From a virus (Duplodnaviria; Caudoviricetes), in the IMG/VR virus record IMGVR_UViG_3300046787_000064, positions 1 to 38,455 of that record: a stretch of 38,455 nucleotides of DNA, one strand, 5' to 3'. Numbering within the stretch: the stretch's first letter is position 1; each line of letters opens with the position of its first letter. Shown piece after piece: positions 9,097 to 18,220 of this stretch. The position numbers were made by a program, and so were the translations under genes. Under the pieces are notes generated by a model. The model worked only from the letters and a program-made list of their open reading frames with translations. It was not told the origin of the DNA and made no database searches.

Positions 9097-9259
9097 TTAA
9101 TTGTTCCTCAGTAGGACGAGCCAGTGTTGGATGATTCCATGCGGCAATGTAGTCACCGTTGCCGTCACTGTCGTTTTGCAAGCGAACGGTGTCAATGAAG
9201 TCTGCGTCTTGCAGTTCAGGGTAGATTGCTTTGATTTTTTCGTAGAGCGTTGTCATCAT
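9086..9259 (-). CDS. Small XkdW-like tail-associated protein, 57 aa (not in ORF track)
   Basis: MMTTLYEKIKAIYPEL...LQNDSDGNGDYIAAWNHPTLARPTEEQL; ATGA-coupled. Confidence 0.7.
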   Translation of the reverse strand: MMTTLYEKIKAIYPELQDADFIDTVRLQNDSDGNGDYIAAWNHPTLARPTEEQLNGS

Positions 9260-9762
9260 GCTGCCCTTGCTAAGAAACCATTTATATAAGTGTAAGAAAT
9301 ATCTCCACCAGCAAAAGCTGTTCCGCTTCCAGTTATTTGACCGTAAACTTCAATGTAATCTGTTGAACCGTTTAGAAATACTGTGATTGAACCTGAAGCA
9401 CCGTAATCAACAGTGGAATCAAAAAATCTCTTATATGCAGAGCCGTTTTTATAGAAGAAATAAATATATCTAGTATTTGTTCCGTTAGATTGAATTGTTG
9501 CGTTAATTTGATAATAGCCAGCAACAGTAGGTGTAAACCTATTAGAAGCAAAGTTGCTATTTGTATCAAATTCTTCAGTATCAAACGCAACTTTTGTAGC
9601 TACGTTGCTTGTGACTGATTGGTTTGCGCTTAAATAAACACTAAACGCAGGGCCAGTACCAGCCACACCAGTAGCCAAGTCAGCTTGTATAACAGTTGCA
9701 TCAGGCAAGCCGCCAGCAGATAAACCAGTGATAGTTCCTGAACCGTTAATAACCATTGTCAT
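9256..9762 (-). CDS. C1q-like domain tail fibre protein
   Basis: PAFSVYLSANQ...FDTEEFDT...RFTPTVAGYYQIN...LNGSTDYIEVY. Confidence 0.75.
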   Translation of the reverse strand: MTMVINGSGTITGLSAGGLPDATVIQADLATGVAGTGPAFSVYLSANQSVTSNVATKVAFDTEEFDTNSNFASNRFTPTVAGYYQINATIQSNGTNTRYIYFFYKNGSAYKRFFDSTVDYGASGSITVFLNGSTDYIEVYGQITGSGTAFAGGDISYTYINGFLARAA

Positions 9763-10217
9763 ACGATTGTCCAAACTGAGCCTGATGGCACTGTTACTGT
9801 GATACCAGATGAGATCGTCACTGGGCCAGCAGAGATTGCGTTGTTGCCAGTTGTCACTGTCACATCTTCTGTGATAGTCGATGAGTTCTCAATCAAACCT
9901 TTACCCCCAATGACAGCGCGTTCTGCTGGATAGGTCACGAACACATCTTTGCTGCCAGAGCCAAAGTTGACTAATGAGCCAGAGTTGCTTGACTCCAGAA
10001 CCGTGTCACGAGACAGTAGAGTGCCAGATGATGTGTATGTACCAATGCCAACTTCCCATGCGCCAGCAGCAGAGTCAACAATTGTGTAAAACGTAGTGTT
10101 TCCGTTGCCAATAACGGAAAACGACTGGAAACCAGTCGCTGCACCCGCAAGGGTAAAAGTACCAGTTCCAGTTGTCGTGGAAGTTTCTTTGACCCTATCT
10201 TTAAGCACAAAGGCCAT
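9759..10217 (-). CDS. Tail fibre-associated structural protein
   Basis: DRVKETSTTTGTG...WEVGIGTY...FGSGSKDVFVTYPA; C-terminal SAGPVTI...VTVPSGSVWTIV. Confidence 0.7.
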   Translation of the reverse strand: MAFVLKDRVKETSTTTGTGTFTLAGAATGFQSFSVIGNGNTTFYTIVDSAAGAWEVGIGTYTSSGTLLSRDTVLESSNSGSLVNFGSGSKDVFVTYPAERAVIGGKGLIENSSTITEDVTVTTGNNAISAGPVTISSGITVTVPSGSVWTIV

Positions 10218-10229
10218 GATGAAACCTCT

Positions 10230-10628
10230 TTAGGTAAGTGTGATGTCTAAGTCGCCAGCAGGGATGCGCAACACATCGCCATCGTTGATCGTGCGTGATG
10301 TTGACAGAGCAGCCCAACCAAGCATATTCCCCGATGTGGAGGCATCAAGAATTGCAACGTGAGTAATAGTGCCCCAATTGCCACCAGAAGCCGCAGCAAA
10401 CTCGATTGCAGCCGAATTGGTGGCAGTGGTAGGAGAAGTGCCAGAAACTGCGATAGTGCCTGTTGCAACACGCGCATAGCCATTGCCTGTGACTTCAGTG
10501 CCGCCACCAGTGTCTGATGGAGCAGCAGTGAATAAACCAACATACCAAGCTGTTGGACGGGTTGCTGAGTTAGCTGTGAACAGCCAGTTGAGAACCAAGT
10601 TCTCTGTGTAATCTGTAAAAGATGACAT
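10230..10628 (-). CDS. Virion structural protein (tail fibre base / decoration)
   Basis: YVGLFTAAPSDTGGGTEV.G.GYAR...WGTITH.AI.DA...GN motif pattern; follows adaptor. Confidence 0.7.
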   Translation of the reverse strand: MSSFTDYTENLVLNWLFTANSATRPTAWYVGLFTAAPSDTGGGTEVTGNGYARVATGTIAVSGTSPTTATNSAAIEFAAASGGNWGTITHVAILDASTSGNMLGWAALSTSRTINDGDVLRIPAGDLDITLT

Positions 10629-10638
10629 CTTTTATTCC

Positions 10639-11259
10639 TTATCCAAAAGACTTTGCACGAGCAATCAAAGCGCCACCTGATGTTGCACCTCGGTCATCAG
10701 CAATCTGCAATTCCTCAAGTGCTGAAGAATACAAAGCTGACCATGTTCCAATTCTCGCATCATCCTGAAGGTATGGAGCAGCTTGCATCAGAGTGCCGTA
10801 TAGATAAGCGTCAGGAGCAGCAGTCAACAACCAGTTTGTGGTGTTGCTGTCAGACAGCTTGCTTAGTTTTGCGTAGTAGGCCAACTCGCCTGTGTATGAC
10901 GAGTCAGGCACTGGCAAGAAACGGAACTGGCCACCAGCAACTGTGAAGAACCGTGGCTTTCCAGAAGATGGGTATTGAGCTTGCAAATTGTCTAAAGAGT
11001 CAATTGTCTCAAAACCCAACGCTGTCACTGGATTTGTTGACAGTTTGAATGACTTGGCCTCAAGGAAGTCTGAAGGCACAGCGGCATACTCAGTGTCGAT
11101 GGTCGCATTTGCTCGTGAAAGCATTTGACGGGTGCGCAACTTGCGCTCCATCTGGGCTTCAGCCAGAGACACAAAGTCAGCAATTGCTGAAGTCAGGTCT
11201 GTGCGGTTGAGCCAATCTGCAACTGAGGACTTCAGTTCTGAGTATGTCGAGAGTGCCAT
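10639..11259 (-). CDS. Head-tail adaptor protein
   Basis: TYSELKSSVADWLNRTDL...F.SLAE...R.LR...NWLL..APD.YLYG.L; position after capsid. Confidence 0.7.
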   Translation of the reverse strand: MALSTYSELKSSVADWLNRTDLTSAIADFVSLAEAQMERKLRTRQMLSRANATIDTEYAAVPSDFLEAKSFKLSTNPVTALGFETIDSLDNLQAQYPSSGKPRFFTVAGGQFRFLPVPDSSYTGELAYYAKLSKLSDSNTTNWLLTAAPDAYLYGTLMQAAPYLQDDARIGTWSALYSSALEELQIADDRGATSGGALIARAKSFG

Positions 11260-11918
11260 TAGGATGCCTTTTGTGCTTTATCTAAGTCACGCATCACCCA
11301 AGTGTGATCGTGCCTAAATTCAAATGTCCCAATGTGTCCGATTTCCTTCGACACATCGTGGTCAATGTAGATTTTAAAGCCAGCAGCCCTTGCTTTGCGA
11401 CAGAAGAAAACGTCTTCTCCAATATAGCCACGTTTGTCTGTGCGCCAAGGAGTTTCAAACCACGGCTCTGACAATGACTCAAACACCTTGCGGCTGATGA
11501 GCATCACGCCCATGCCAATCGACTCGACTTCTTCCAAGCCAGTTGATTCAGGCATTGAGTAGACAAGCTCACCATTTAAGCCGCGAGCTGTCGGGCCTGT
11601 AGGCATACGTCTGCGAGCGCAGTTGGTGGCCACGATGTCTTTTTCGTGAGCCAACAAACTACCAACCATGTCTTGCGGGAAAGTCATATCTGAGTCGATG
11701 AAAAGCACATGAGTGCAGTCTTCACGCATAGCCTCAAGGCACAGATCAGCACGTTGATTCTGAATCAGTGTGCCTTGGTTGATCTTCAGGCAGATCGCAT
11801 CAGGTGTGTTGAGTGTGTGATACGCCACCATATTGACCAAGCAGAACGTGAAGTTCGCGTGGACCATATCTCGCGCTGGTGTGCATACGGCAATATATTT
11901 AACGGTTTCTTGTGTCAT
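11259..11918 (-). CDS. Glycosyltransferase, GT-A fold (GT2-like)
   Basis: IAVCTP, HVLFIDSDM (DxD), GMGVMLISRKVF, GEDVFFC, IGHIG motifs. Confidence 0.8.
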   Translation of the reverse strand: MTQETVKYIAVCTPARDMVHANFTFCLVNMVAYHTLNTPDAICLKINQGTLIQNQRADLCLEAMREDCTHVLFIDSDMTFPQDMVGSLLAHEKDIVATNCARRRMPTGPTARGLNGELVYSMPESTGLEEVESIGMGVMLISRKVFESLSEPWFETPWRTDKRGYIGEDVFFCRKARAAGFKIYIDHDVSKEIGHIGTFEFRHDHTWVMRDLDKAQKAS

Positions 11919-11921
11919 TTT

Positions 11922-12236
11922 TTATACTTGTCCTTCTTTTACTCGGAAGAATCGGTTGTCAGGGTCGTTTAACCAACGCTTCATGTAAGCGTCATCGTCC
12001 AATTTGCCTTGAGCCTTCAGCTCGTAGTAGATTGACAACGGGATTCGTGCAACATGATGGAATTCACCCTTCCAGCCATTGTTGTCGGACTGTGCCAAGT
12101 CCAGCTTGTTCATCTCAATGATTGGGTTTACGTCTTGTAAAGTCTCAATCGTTGCTTCGTCTTTTTCCTCGTCGTAGTGCCAGACTTTTTTAATGCCTGT
12201 GTACTCGTCATAGTCAAATAGTCGTGATTCGTTCAT
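11922..12236 (-). CDS. Conserved phage protein downstream of capsid
   Basis: 104 aa; QDVNPIIE, HVARIP, WLNDPDNRFFR. Confidence 0.7.
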   Translation of the reverse strand: MNESRLFDYDEYTGIKKVWHYDEEKDEATIETLQDVNPIIEMNKLDLAQSDNNGWKGEFHHVARIPLSIYYELKAQGKLDDDAYMKRWLNDPDNRFFRVKEGQV

Positions 12237-12238
12237 AT

Positions 12239-12270
12239 AAAAAAAAGGGGCGAGTTACCCCGCCCCTTTC
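12239..12270 (-). terminator. Rho-independent terminator after major capsid gene
   Basis: AGGGGCGGG-gtaa-CTCGCCCCT followed by a T-run on the minus strand. Confidence 0.9.
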
Positions 12271-12280
12271 CTTGGTTTGA

Positions 12281-13243
12281 TTAAGAAGTAATCAAGTCAG
12301 CGGCCAAGCCCATACCGTTCTCAGCCAACACTTTGTGACCCCATTCCACGATCAGCATACGCTTCTCAGCGTCACCGGTCTTGGCGAGTTCAACTTGTCG
12401 GTAAGGACGCAGAGTGGTCATCTTAGCCATGTCAGGGTCGATCACCCATGCGTCACGCTCGCGCTGGAAGCGGTTAGCGATAACTTGCACGTTGCCGAAG
12501 TCAGACACATAGATGTCAACAGCGCCAACCAAAGTCGCTGGCTTTGCGCCACCGTCAATGTTGAAACGGCTTGATGCGATACCAGAGAAGCCAGACACGC
12601 GCTGCTTGTTCACTGGACCAACCATCAACATCTTTGGTGTACCACCAGCAGACCACACCTTTTGAATCACGTTCTTCAAGATGGTTTCAGTGAAGGTACG
12701 GACGTTACCGTCTGTACGGGCGCTGTTAGGCAAAGTGGTGTAGTCAGGGTTTGCACCGTTGGTCTGCATATCCACGTTTGTCTTGACGAAAGCGCCAAGA
12801 GAAGCAGTGCCACGAGCTGTGGTGCTGTTACCAGCAGCAGCAATAGCGCCGTTCAACATGGTGAATTCTTGGTCACGCTTCAACTCAGAACCGCGCTTGG
12901 CGATTTGGTAAGCCAATTCAGACTTACGGCCAGCCTTGTTGACAGTCTCTTCAGTAGCAGACAACACGATTGTCTTGCGGCTGATCTGAGCGTAGTTTTG
13001 CATACGCACAGTAGCTGTCACAGCGTCAAACGAAGTCACATCATCACCTTCCAACTGCTTGTTAGCAGCGGCAGATGCCAATGTGTCTGTTTGCCACTCA
13101 TACAAAGAGTTGCTCACTGACTCGCGGCCAATGTTGCTCATGTATGGAGTTTCTTCAGGAGCGATGTTGGTGATTACATTGCTCAGGTCTTCACGGATGC
13201 CTTTGGCATCAAATGTGGTGAAGGTGTTAGTTACGATTGCCAT
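12281..13243 (-). CDS. Major capsid protein (HK97 fold, DUF5309/SU10-like)
   Basis: GIREDLS..I.NI.P.ETP, EWQTD.L, N..QI.RK, ELKRD.E, Y.SDFG, LAKTGD.EK; flanked by scaffold and strong terminator. Confidence 0.9.
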   Translation of the reverse strand: MAIVTNTFTTFDAKGIREDLSNVITNIAPEETPYMSNIGRESVSNSLYEWQTDTLASAAANKQLEGDDVTSFDAVTATVRMQNYAQISRKTIVLSATEETVNKAGRKSELAYQIAKRGSELKRDQEFTMLNGAIAAAGNSTTARGTASLGAFVKTNVDMQTNGANPDYTTLPNSARTDGNVRTFTETILKNVIQKVWSAGGTPKMLMVGPVNKQRVSGFSGIASSRFNIDGGAKPATLVGAVDIYVSDFGNVQVIANRFQRERDAWVIDPDMAKMTTLRPYRQVELAKTGDAEKRMLIVEWGHKVLAENGMGLAADLITS

Positions 13244-13252
13244 TTAAGTGCC

Positions 13253-14266
13253 TCATTTCATAAGAAGTTCAATTGCTTTAGCCGCATCATCGACGCGACC
13301 AGTTTTTGCAAGACGCTGTTTTGCGCGTGTACTCTCAGTTGATGTGGAGACTCGTCCTGCTGCACTAGGCTTTACAGGGCGTGGGCCGTTGTTGACTACG
13401 GGTTTGATGTCCTTACGCTTGGACACCATCTGGTCATACAGCGCAGCTTTACGCAGCGCGATGACAGCCCGATGGTCATAGACATTCTTGAGTTCATCCT
13501 CGCTGAAACCGATCTTGCGACCGAATTCTACGAGTAGAGCTTTTTCAGCTTTAGCCTTCTGTGGGTCTTTCCACTCAGGCACAGAAGCAATCAACAACTC
13601 TTGCTCTTGAGCAAGTTTTGCCTTCATTTCTTCTTTCTGCTGTTGCACCGTCAATTGAGAAAGACGCTGCTGTTCAGATTGAATAGCTGCTTTTCTTTCC
13701 TGCTTATCTCGTGCTAACTCTCGCTGGCGTACCCATTCAATGGGGTCTTCTGCGTAAAGACGTTCCCAATCAACAGGCTGTTCACCAGCAGTCTCAAGTT
13801 GCTGTTGCAACGCTCCTAACAACTGAGCGTACTGTTCACGCTCGGCACGAATAGCAGCAGATTCAGCTTCCAACTCTTTACGAGCTTCAGCGACCTGTTG
13901 CGTTTTTCGTGTGTAGTCTTGGGTTCTGCTGTAACCTTTTTGGAGTTCATCCAGCGTCACTTCGATTTCTTTACCGTCAACCTTGACGGAGAAAACTTGC
14001 GGCTGTTCGTCTTCCTCGGTTTCATCAGAATCTTCTGACTGTTCATCTGTCGTTTCATCACTAGGCTGATCGTCTTGCGTGTCTAGTTCTTCATCGACAG
14101 ATGCCGCGTCTTCGGATTCATCATCCGAAGGCAACTGCGCCTCGACTTCTTGTTCGGTTTCTCCTTCTTCAGGACCAAACATTTGAGCGAGTGCATTGGA
14201 CGCTTCGTCCACTGACATTGGACCTGTTGGGATGCTCCCTGTGGGGTTGGCGTTTCCTTCTGACAT
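13253..14266 (-). CDS. Capsid scaffolding protein
   Basis: Acidic N-terminus, VKVDGKEIEVTLDELQKGY..DYTRKTQ, coiled coils, C-terminal helix; precedes capsid. Confidence 0.85.
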   Translation of the reverse strand: MSEGNANPTGSIPTGPMSVDEASNALAQMFGPEEGETEQEVEAQLPSDDESEDAASVDEELDTQDDQPSDETTDEQSEDSDETEEDEQPQVFSVKVDGKEIEVTLDELQKGYSRTQDYTRKTQQVAEARKELEAESAAIRAEREQYAQLLGALQQQLETAGEQPVDWERLYAEDPIEWVRQRELARDKQERKAAIQSEQQRLSQLTVQQQKEEMKAKLAQEQELLIASVPEWKDPQKAKAEKALLVEFGRKIGFSEDELKNVYDHRAVIALRKAALYDQMVSKRKDIKPVVNNGPRPVKPSAAGRVSTSTESTRAKQRLAKTGRVDDAAKAIELLMK

Positions 14267-14278
14267 TTCCAAATTCCT

Positions 14279-14542
14279 TTATACCAATGATTTCTGAGCG
14301 CGTTGAATGTCACGTTGAGCGATCTTGCCGTTATCCATGATCTTGTTGATCTGTAGACGGAATTGCTCAACTGCCTGAATCATGTGCCACGCGCTCTCTC
14401 TTTTCACGGTGTCCTCTGGCTTCGTACTTTTCCAAACCCAGACGGCATCGTTCTCCATTTGCAGCAGAGCTGCTGAGAAGGCTTCGTCCTGTATCAGACT
14501 CTCGGCCTTCTTCCCTTTTCTCACGGTTTCTTCATTGCTCAT
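14279..14542 (-). CDS. Small conserved protein between portal and scaffold
   Basis: 87-aa helical ORF tightly packed in head operon. Confidence 0.7.
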   Translation of the reverse strand: MSNEETVRKGKKAESLIQDEAFSAALLQMENDAVWVWKSTKPEDTVKRESAWHMIQAVEQFRLQINKIMDNGKIAQRDIQRAQKSLV

Positions 14543-16810
14543 TTAGACCATTCCTTGCGGGTTGATGGGTTGCATATACGGGTCTTGAACTTGAGGCTGC
14601 TGCTGTTGAGCTGCCTGTTGGACAATTGCCGATTGCTCTTTGACTATCTCACGGTTCACATTCTGCTCTGCCACGATCTGGGCAGTGCTGATCTGTGTGT
14701 TGTACTTTAACTCAAGTTCGTATTGTTTAAGTAGTCTGTCCTGATTCATTTGATCTCGACGGAAGTCATCGTCAAGCATCATTTGCTGACGCTTCAGCTC
14801 TAGTTCCGCTGCCTTTTTCTGGATGTCAGCCTGAATCGACTCAGCTTGCACCTTGGCCAACACTTCTTCTGGTGTTGCCTTTGGCTGCTGTGGCTCTGGC
14901 TTCCAATCATCAGGGATGTCGTTGAAGTACATCGAAGCGTCCTTGAAGCCAGACAGTTCAACGATCTTGCGCAGTGTGCGAGCGTATTGCTGTGGTGTCA
15001 CCAAAGGATTGGTCACGCCCAACTGAGTCAATGCCTCTTGCTGCTTGGCTGCGATGGTGGTCAGCGCGGCCAGCTTCTCGTTGGTGTCGCCGTTGCCCAA
15101 GCCGATGTTCACAGTCACGTCCATTGACGTATCCCATGAGCGTGGGTCGATCTGCACCCACTCGTTGCGCAGACGAATCATGCGAGCTTTGTCTTGGTGG
15201 GTGACCGTCAAGAACAAAATCTTCTTGAACAAGGTCTTCATGCCTTCGGCCAGCAAACGCGAAGTCAACTCGATACGGCCTTGGCTGGCGCTGATAGTGG
15301 CGTTCACAGCAGCGCGAGTGGAAGACTGCAAAGCGTCAGCGTTCAAGCCCATAGCGGCTTTACTCATGCCAGTACGGTCTTCCTTGATGCTGTCAACATA
15401 GTCCAGCATTGGGAAGGCTGCTTGACCAACAAACGGCTGTGCGAATGTCTGCACCATGTTTGGCGCTCGCATACGAATGACAGCGCCTGTCTCGTTGTTC
15501 AGCACATCGTCAATGTTGACTTGGCCTTCGACGATGGCAGTGCGTGGGTGAATCGACTGAGCCAAAGAGTCCAGCGTATTACGCAGAATCTCTGACTTGA
15601 TCTCTTGGATGTCGTGGGTAATGTCAAAGATCGAACCAGCTTCCAGTGGAGATGTGTGTGGCTCTGGGTCGCATGGGAACGCCACAAACGGGATGTAAGC
15701 TGAAGGCAAGTTGCGCTTGACTTCGTAGCTTGGACCCATTGTGCAAATCTTGCGCAGCTCAGGGATGCCGTCACCGTCAAAGTCAACGCGCACATAAACC
15801 TCGCAGTACAAGACGCGCTGCTCCATTGGGTTGGCGCTTTGGTCTGTGAACTGTTGGTTATTCAATGCGTGGCGAGCCAGCATCTCCTCGTTGTCAGCCA
15901 AGTCAGAGTTGCCAACGTACTCCATCACCTCGTCTTCGTCGTAGCCAATGGAGATCAGTTCGGCCACGGAAGCCATTTTGCGACGGCCAACGATTGGAGA
16001 GTTCTCAAAGTCCAAAGCCTGACGCGAAAGAATCAACTCCTCTGGAGCAACTGAGTTCACGCGAATGTGGCCAGACTTGACGATGCGCTTGATCTCGACA
16101 TCGTGCAGCATGGCCGGTGGCAGTGGCTCACCCGTCATTGGATCGATCTGCATATCGCCTTGCATTGCATCGTCTGGATAAGACACGACGATCTTCATCT
16201 CTGCTTCTGGCTCTTGCATCAAGAGCTGCAAGGTCTGGTCATCAAGGCCAGAATACTGCTCAATACGGACTTCTTCGGTTTCTTCCCAGACGGCTTCCAT
16301 GATGCCGCACTTGCGAGCCAAGGCATCCTTGAACGTGGCGTATGCGGTCATAAAGCCGTTGTTGTCAGCCGAGAACACATAGTTAGCGTAATCTGTGGCT
16401 TGCTGTGCGTCCTTAACGTCTTCAGGGCCACGGGGAATGAACTCAACCACGTTCTCTGAGCTGAAGAACACACGCATCAGCGAAGGCAGCATGGCCGAAA
16501 TCGTGTCGCGGGTTTCCATCGCCACGACCTGTGAGCGGCCTTCTTCTTCGTTGCCGAATGGGTCGCCACGGTAGTAGCGTGTGGCCATCGCACGAATAGG
16601 CGACAAGTCTGAGTCGATGTAAGAAACAGCGTCTGTGATCTCTTGGCCAATCATGGCTTCAAGATCGGTGTCATCCATCTGCTGATGTTCGGCTTCTTCC
16701 TCTTTGACTTCTTCAGGGTCTTTCGACTCCATCAAGTCTTCAATTTGCTCTTTAGCCTTATTGAGTAACGCGCTGGTTGTCTCGGACTCAAACTCGTATG
16801 GAACTTTCAT
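14543..16810 (-). CDS. Portal protein (P22-like, long C-terminal barrel)
   Basis: 755 aa; YYRG.PFGNEEEGRSQVV, EF.PRGPED, FKDAL..K.G; Gln-rich coiled-coil tail. Confidence 0.9.
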   Translation of the reverse strand: MKVPYEFESETTSALLNKAKEQIEDLMESKDPEEVKEEEAEHQQMDDTDLEAMIGQEITDAVSYIDSDLSPIRAMATRYYRGDPFGNEEEGRSQVVAMETRDTISAMLPSLMRVFFSSENVVEFIPRGPEDVKDAQQATDYANYVFSADNNGFMTAYATFKDALARKCGIMEAVWEETEEVRIEQYSGLDDQTLQLLMQEPEAEMKIVVSYPDDAMQGDMQIDPMTGEPLPPAMLHDVEIKRIVKSGHIRVNSVAPEELILSRQALDFENSPIVGRRKMASVAELISIGYDEDEVMEYVGNSDLADNEEMLARHALNNQQFTDQSANPMEQRVLYCEVYVRVDFDGDGIPELRKICTMGPSYEVKRNLPSAYIPFVAFPCDPEPHTSPLEAGSIFDITHDIQEIKSEILRNTLDSLAQSIHPRTAIVEGQVNIDDVLNNETGAVIRMRAPNMVQTFAQPFVGQAAFPMLDYVDSIKEDRTGMSKAAMGLNADALQSSTRAAVNATISASQGRIELTSRLLAEGMKTLFKKILFLTVTHQDKARMIRLRNEWVQIDPRSWDTSMDVTVNIGLGNGDTNEKLAALTTIAAKQQEALTQLGVTNPLVTPQQYARTLRKIVELSGFKDASMYFNDIPDDWKPEPQQPKATPEEVLAKVQAESIQADIQKKAAELELKRQQMMLDDDFRRDQMNQDRLLKQYELELKYNTQISTAQIVAEQNVNREIVKEQSAIVQQAAQQQQPQVQDPYMQPINPQGMV

Positions 16811-17340
16811 TTCTTGCCCTTTTGCAATATGACGTACATGGAGTCCACAGCCCGTGGAGTCCTCAAAATCTCATCTTGCGGTAATTTTAGACTTTCCCCA
16901 ACGCTTGAGAGCGTGAACTCCAGATGCTTCAAGTGGAAACGATCTTCCCAACCAAGATACCAATGCCAATCTGTGTAATACAGCCACGACTTTTCGTTGA
17001 AGGCTCGCACATGGGTAGGGTCTTGCCAAGCACCATACGACAGGTCGTAAGGCACATGAATACGCATCTCGCCACCGTCCTTCAACAAGTCCTTGCAGTT
17101 GGTCATGGTCTTGACCAGATCGGGGACGTGTTCCAGAACATCGTTGGCCAAGATGACATCGAACATCTCGCGCTTCACACGGAAGTCGCCTTTGCGTGTC
17201 ACCAGCAAAGTACCCCAATGGACATCCTGAATGTCTAGACACCAATCTGATTTAATCCGGCGCTGGATGTCTGCATTGATGCAGTCCTCGCGCCAATCTT
17301 TGCCAGAGCCTAAATTAAGAACCAAAGAATTGTTCGACAT
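16807..17340 (-). CDS. Class I SAM-dependent methyltransferase (small-molecule/glycan type)
   Basis: VLNLGSG motif I, INADI, VLEHV, L..GG...I.VP, QDPTH. Confidence 0.85.
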   Translation of the reverse strand: MSNNSLVLNLGSGKDWREDCINADIQRRIKSDWCLDIQDVHWGTLLVTRKGDFRVKREMFDVILANDVLEHVPDLVKTMTNCKDLLKDGGEMRIHVPYDLSYGAWQDPTHVRAFNEKSWLYYTDWHWYLGWEDRFHLKHLEFTLSSVGESLKLPQDEILRTPRAVDSMYVILQKGKK

Positions 17341-18004
17341 ACTGTGGACGGTTTTCCTGTATCCAAGGCAGAGCCTGAAGGACTAATTTTTGAGCGTCAA
17401 GGCCAACAGTCTGGCTCCCAACGTGGTGGACATACGAAGTTGAAACGTAATGCGAGTAACCCTTGGCCGACATATCCAAACAGGACACATCGTCCGAGTA
17501 CCAGTTCAAAGGACCGAAACGGCCATGATTCCAAGCGTCACGCGAGACATACGCAAAGATTGGACTGACAACATCGGTGGGGAAGATGTAGTTCTCAGCG
17601 TGGAACTTCATCATGTCTATTTTCTCGTTTTCCCGATTGAACCGGATGTTCTGCACAGCACGAGAAGCATCGCAACGAGAAGCAACCCAACCAACCGAAG
17701 GCTCCAACTCACGAATCGTAGCAACGTCTTCAAGTAGTCTGGCATAACTGGTGGGGGTCAAAACAACATCGTCATTGCAGACGATGCAAGCTGTGTGGTA
17801 CTTCAAAGCGTCATCAATGACTTCGTTGTAGTCCTCACCGAAGTTGCGTGGCTCGCCAACAATGATGCGAGCGTTCTCGTAACGGCTCACAACATCGGCA
17901 GGACCACGAAGATAAATAAACGCCTCCGGCGCGTATTGCTTGATGGACTCAATCAGTACCGGCAACCCTTTGCCGTGTACTGTGGCGATGCAAATTGGAA
18001 TCAC
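17315..18004 (-). CDS. Glycosyltransferase (GT2-like)
   Basis: NFGEDYN, IVCNDDVV, WYSDD, YVHHVGSQT motifs. Confidence 0.75.
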   Translation of the reverse strand: MIPICIATVHGKGLPVLIESIKQYAPEAFIYLRGPADVVSRYENARIIVGEPRNFGEDYNEVIDDALKYHTACIVCNDDVVLTPTSYARLLEDVATIRELEPSVGWVASRCDASRAVQNIRFNRENEKIDMMKFHAENYIFPTDVVSPIFAYVSRDAWNHGRFGPLNWYSDDVSCLDMSAKGYSHYVSTSYVHHVGSQTVGLDAQKLVLQALPWIQENRPQYVEQFFGS

Positions 18005-18186
18005 TTTTTGGCTTTGTTCTTCGCGGTACGTTGGCCGCGCATTGGCATCTTGGCTTCTGACATCGCAATGGCAACTCCTTGGGCGCGGTTCTTCACGACC
18101 TTGCCGCCAGCACCTGAGTGCAATGTGCCGCGCTTGAACTCGCCCATAACCTTCGCAATTTTGGCTGCGGCTTTATCAATCTTCAT
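18001..18186 (-). CDS. Small basic protein (DUF6496-like)
   Basis: KVMGEFKRGTLHSG.GGKVV.N..Q..AIAMSEA. Confidence 0.75.
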   Translation of the reverse strand: MKIDKAAAKIAKVMGEFKRGTLHSGAGGKVVKNRAQGVAIAMSEAKMPMRGQRTAKNKAKK

Positions 18187-18220
18187 GGTCTACCCCTTCA
18201 AAGTAAATGGAATGGTGTGA

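Noticed and set aside
14846-16459. Multiple plus-strand ORFs opposite the portal, and similar ones opposite terL, capsid and ejection genes
   Set aside because: Antisense shadows expected from codon bias; no recognisable motifs
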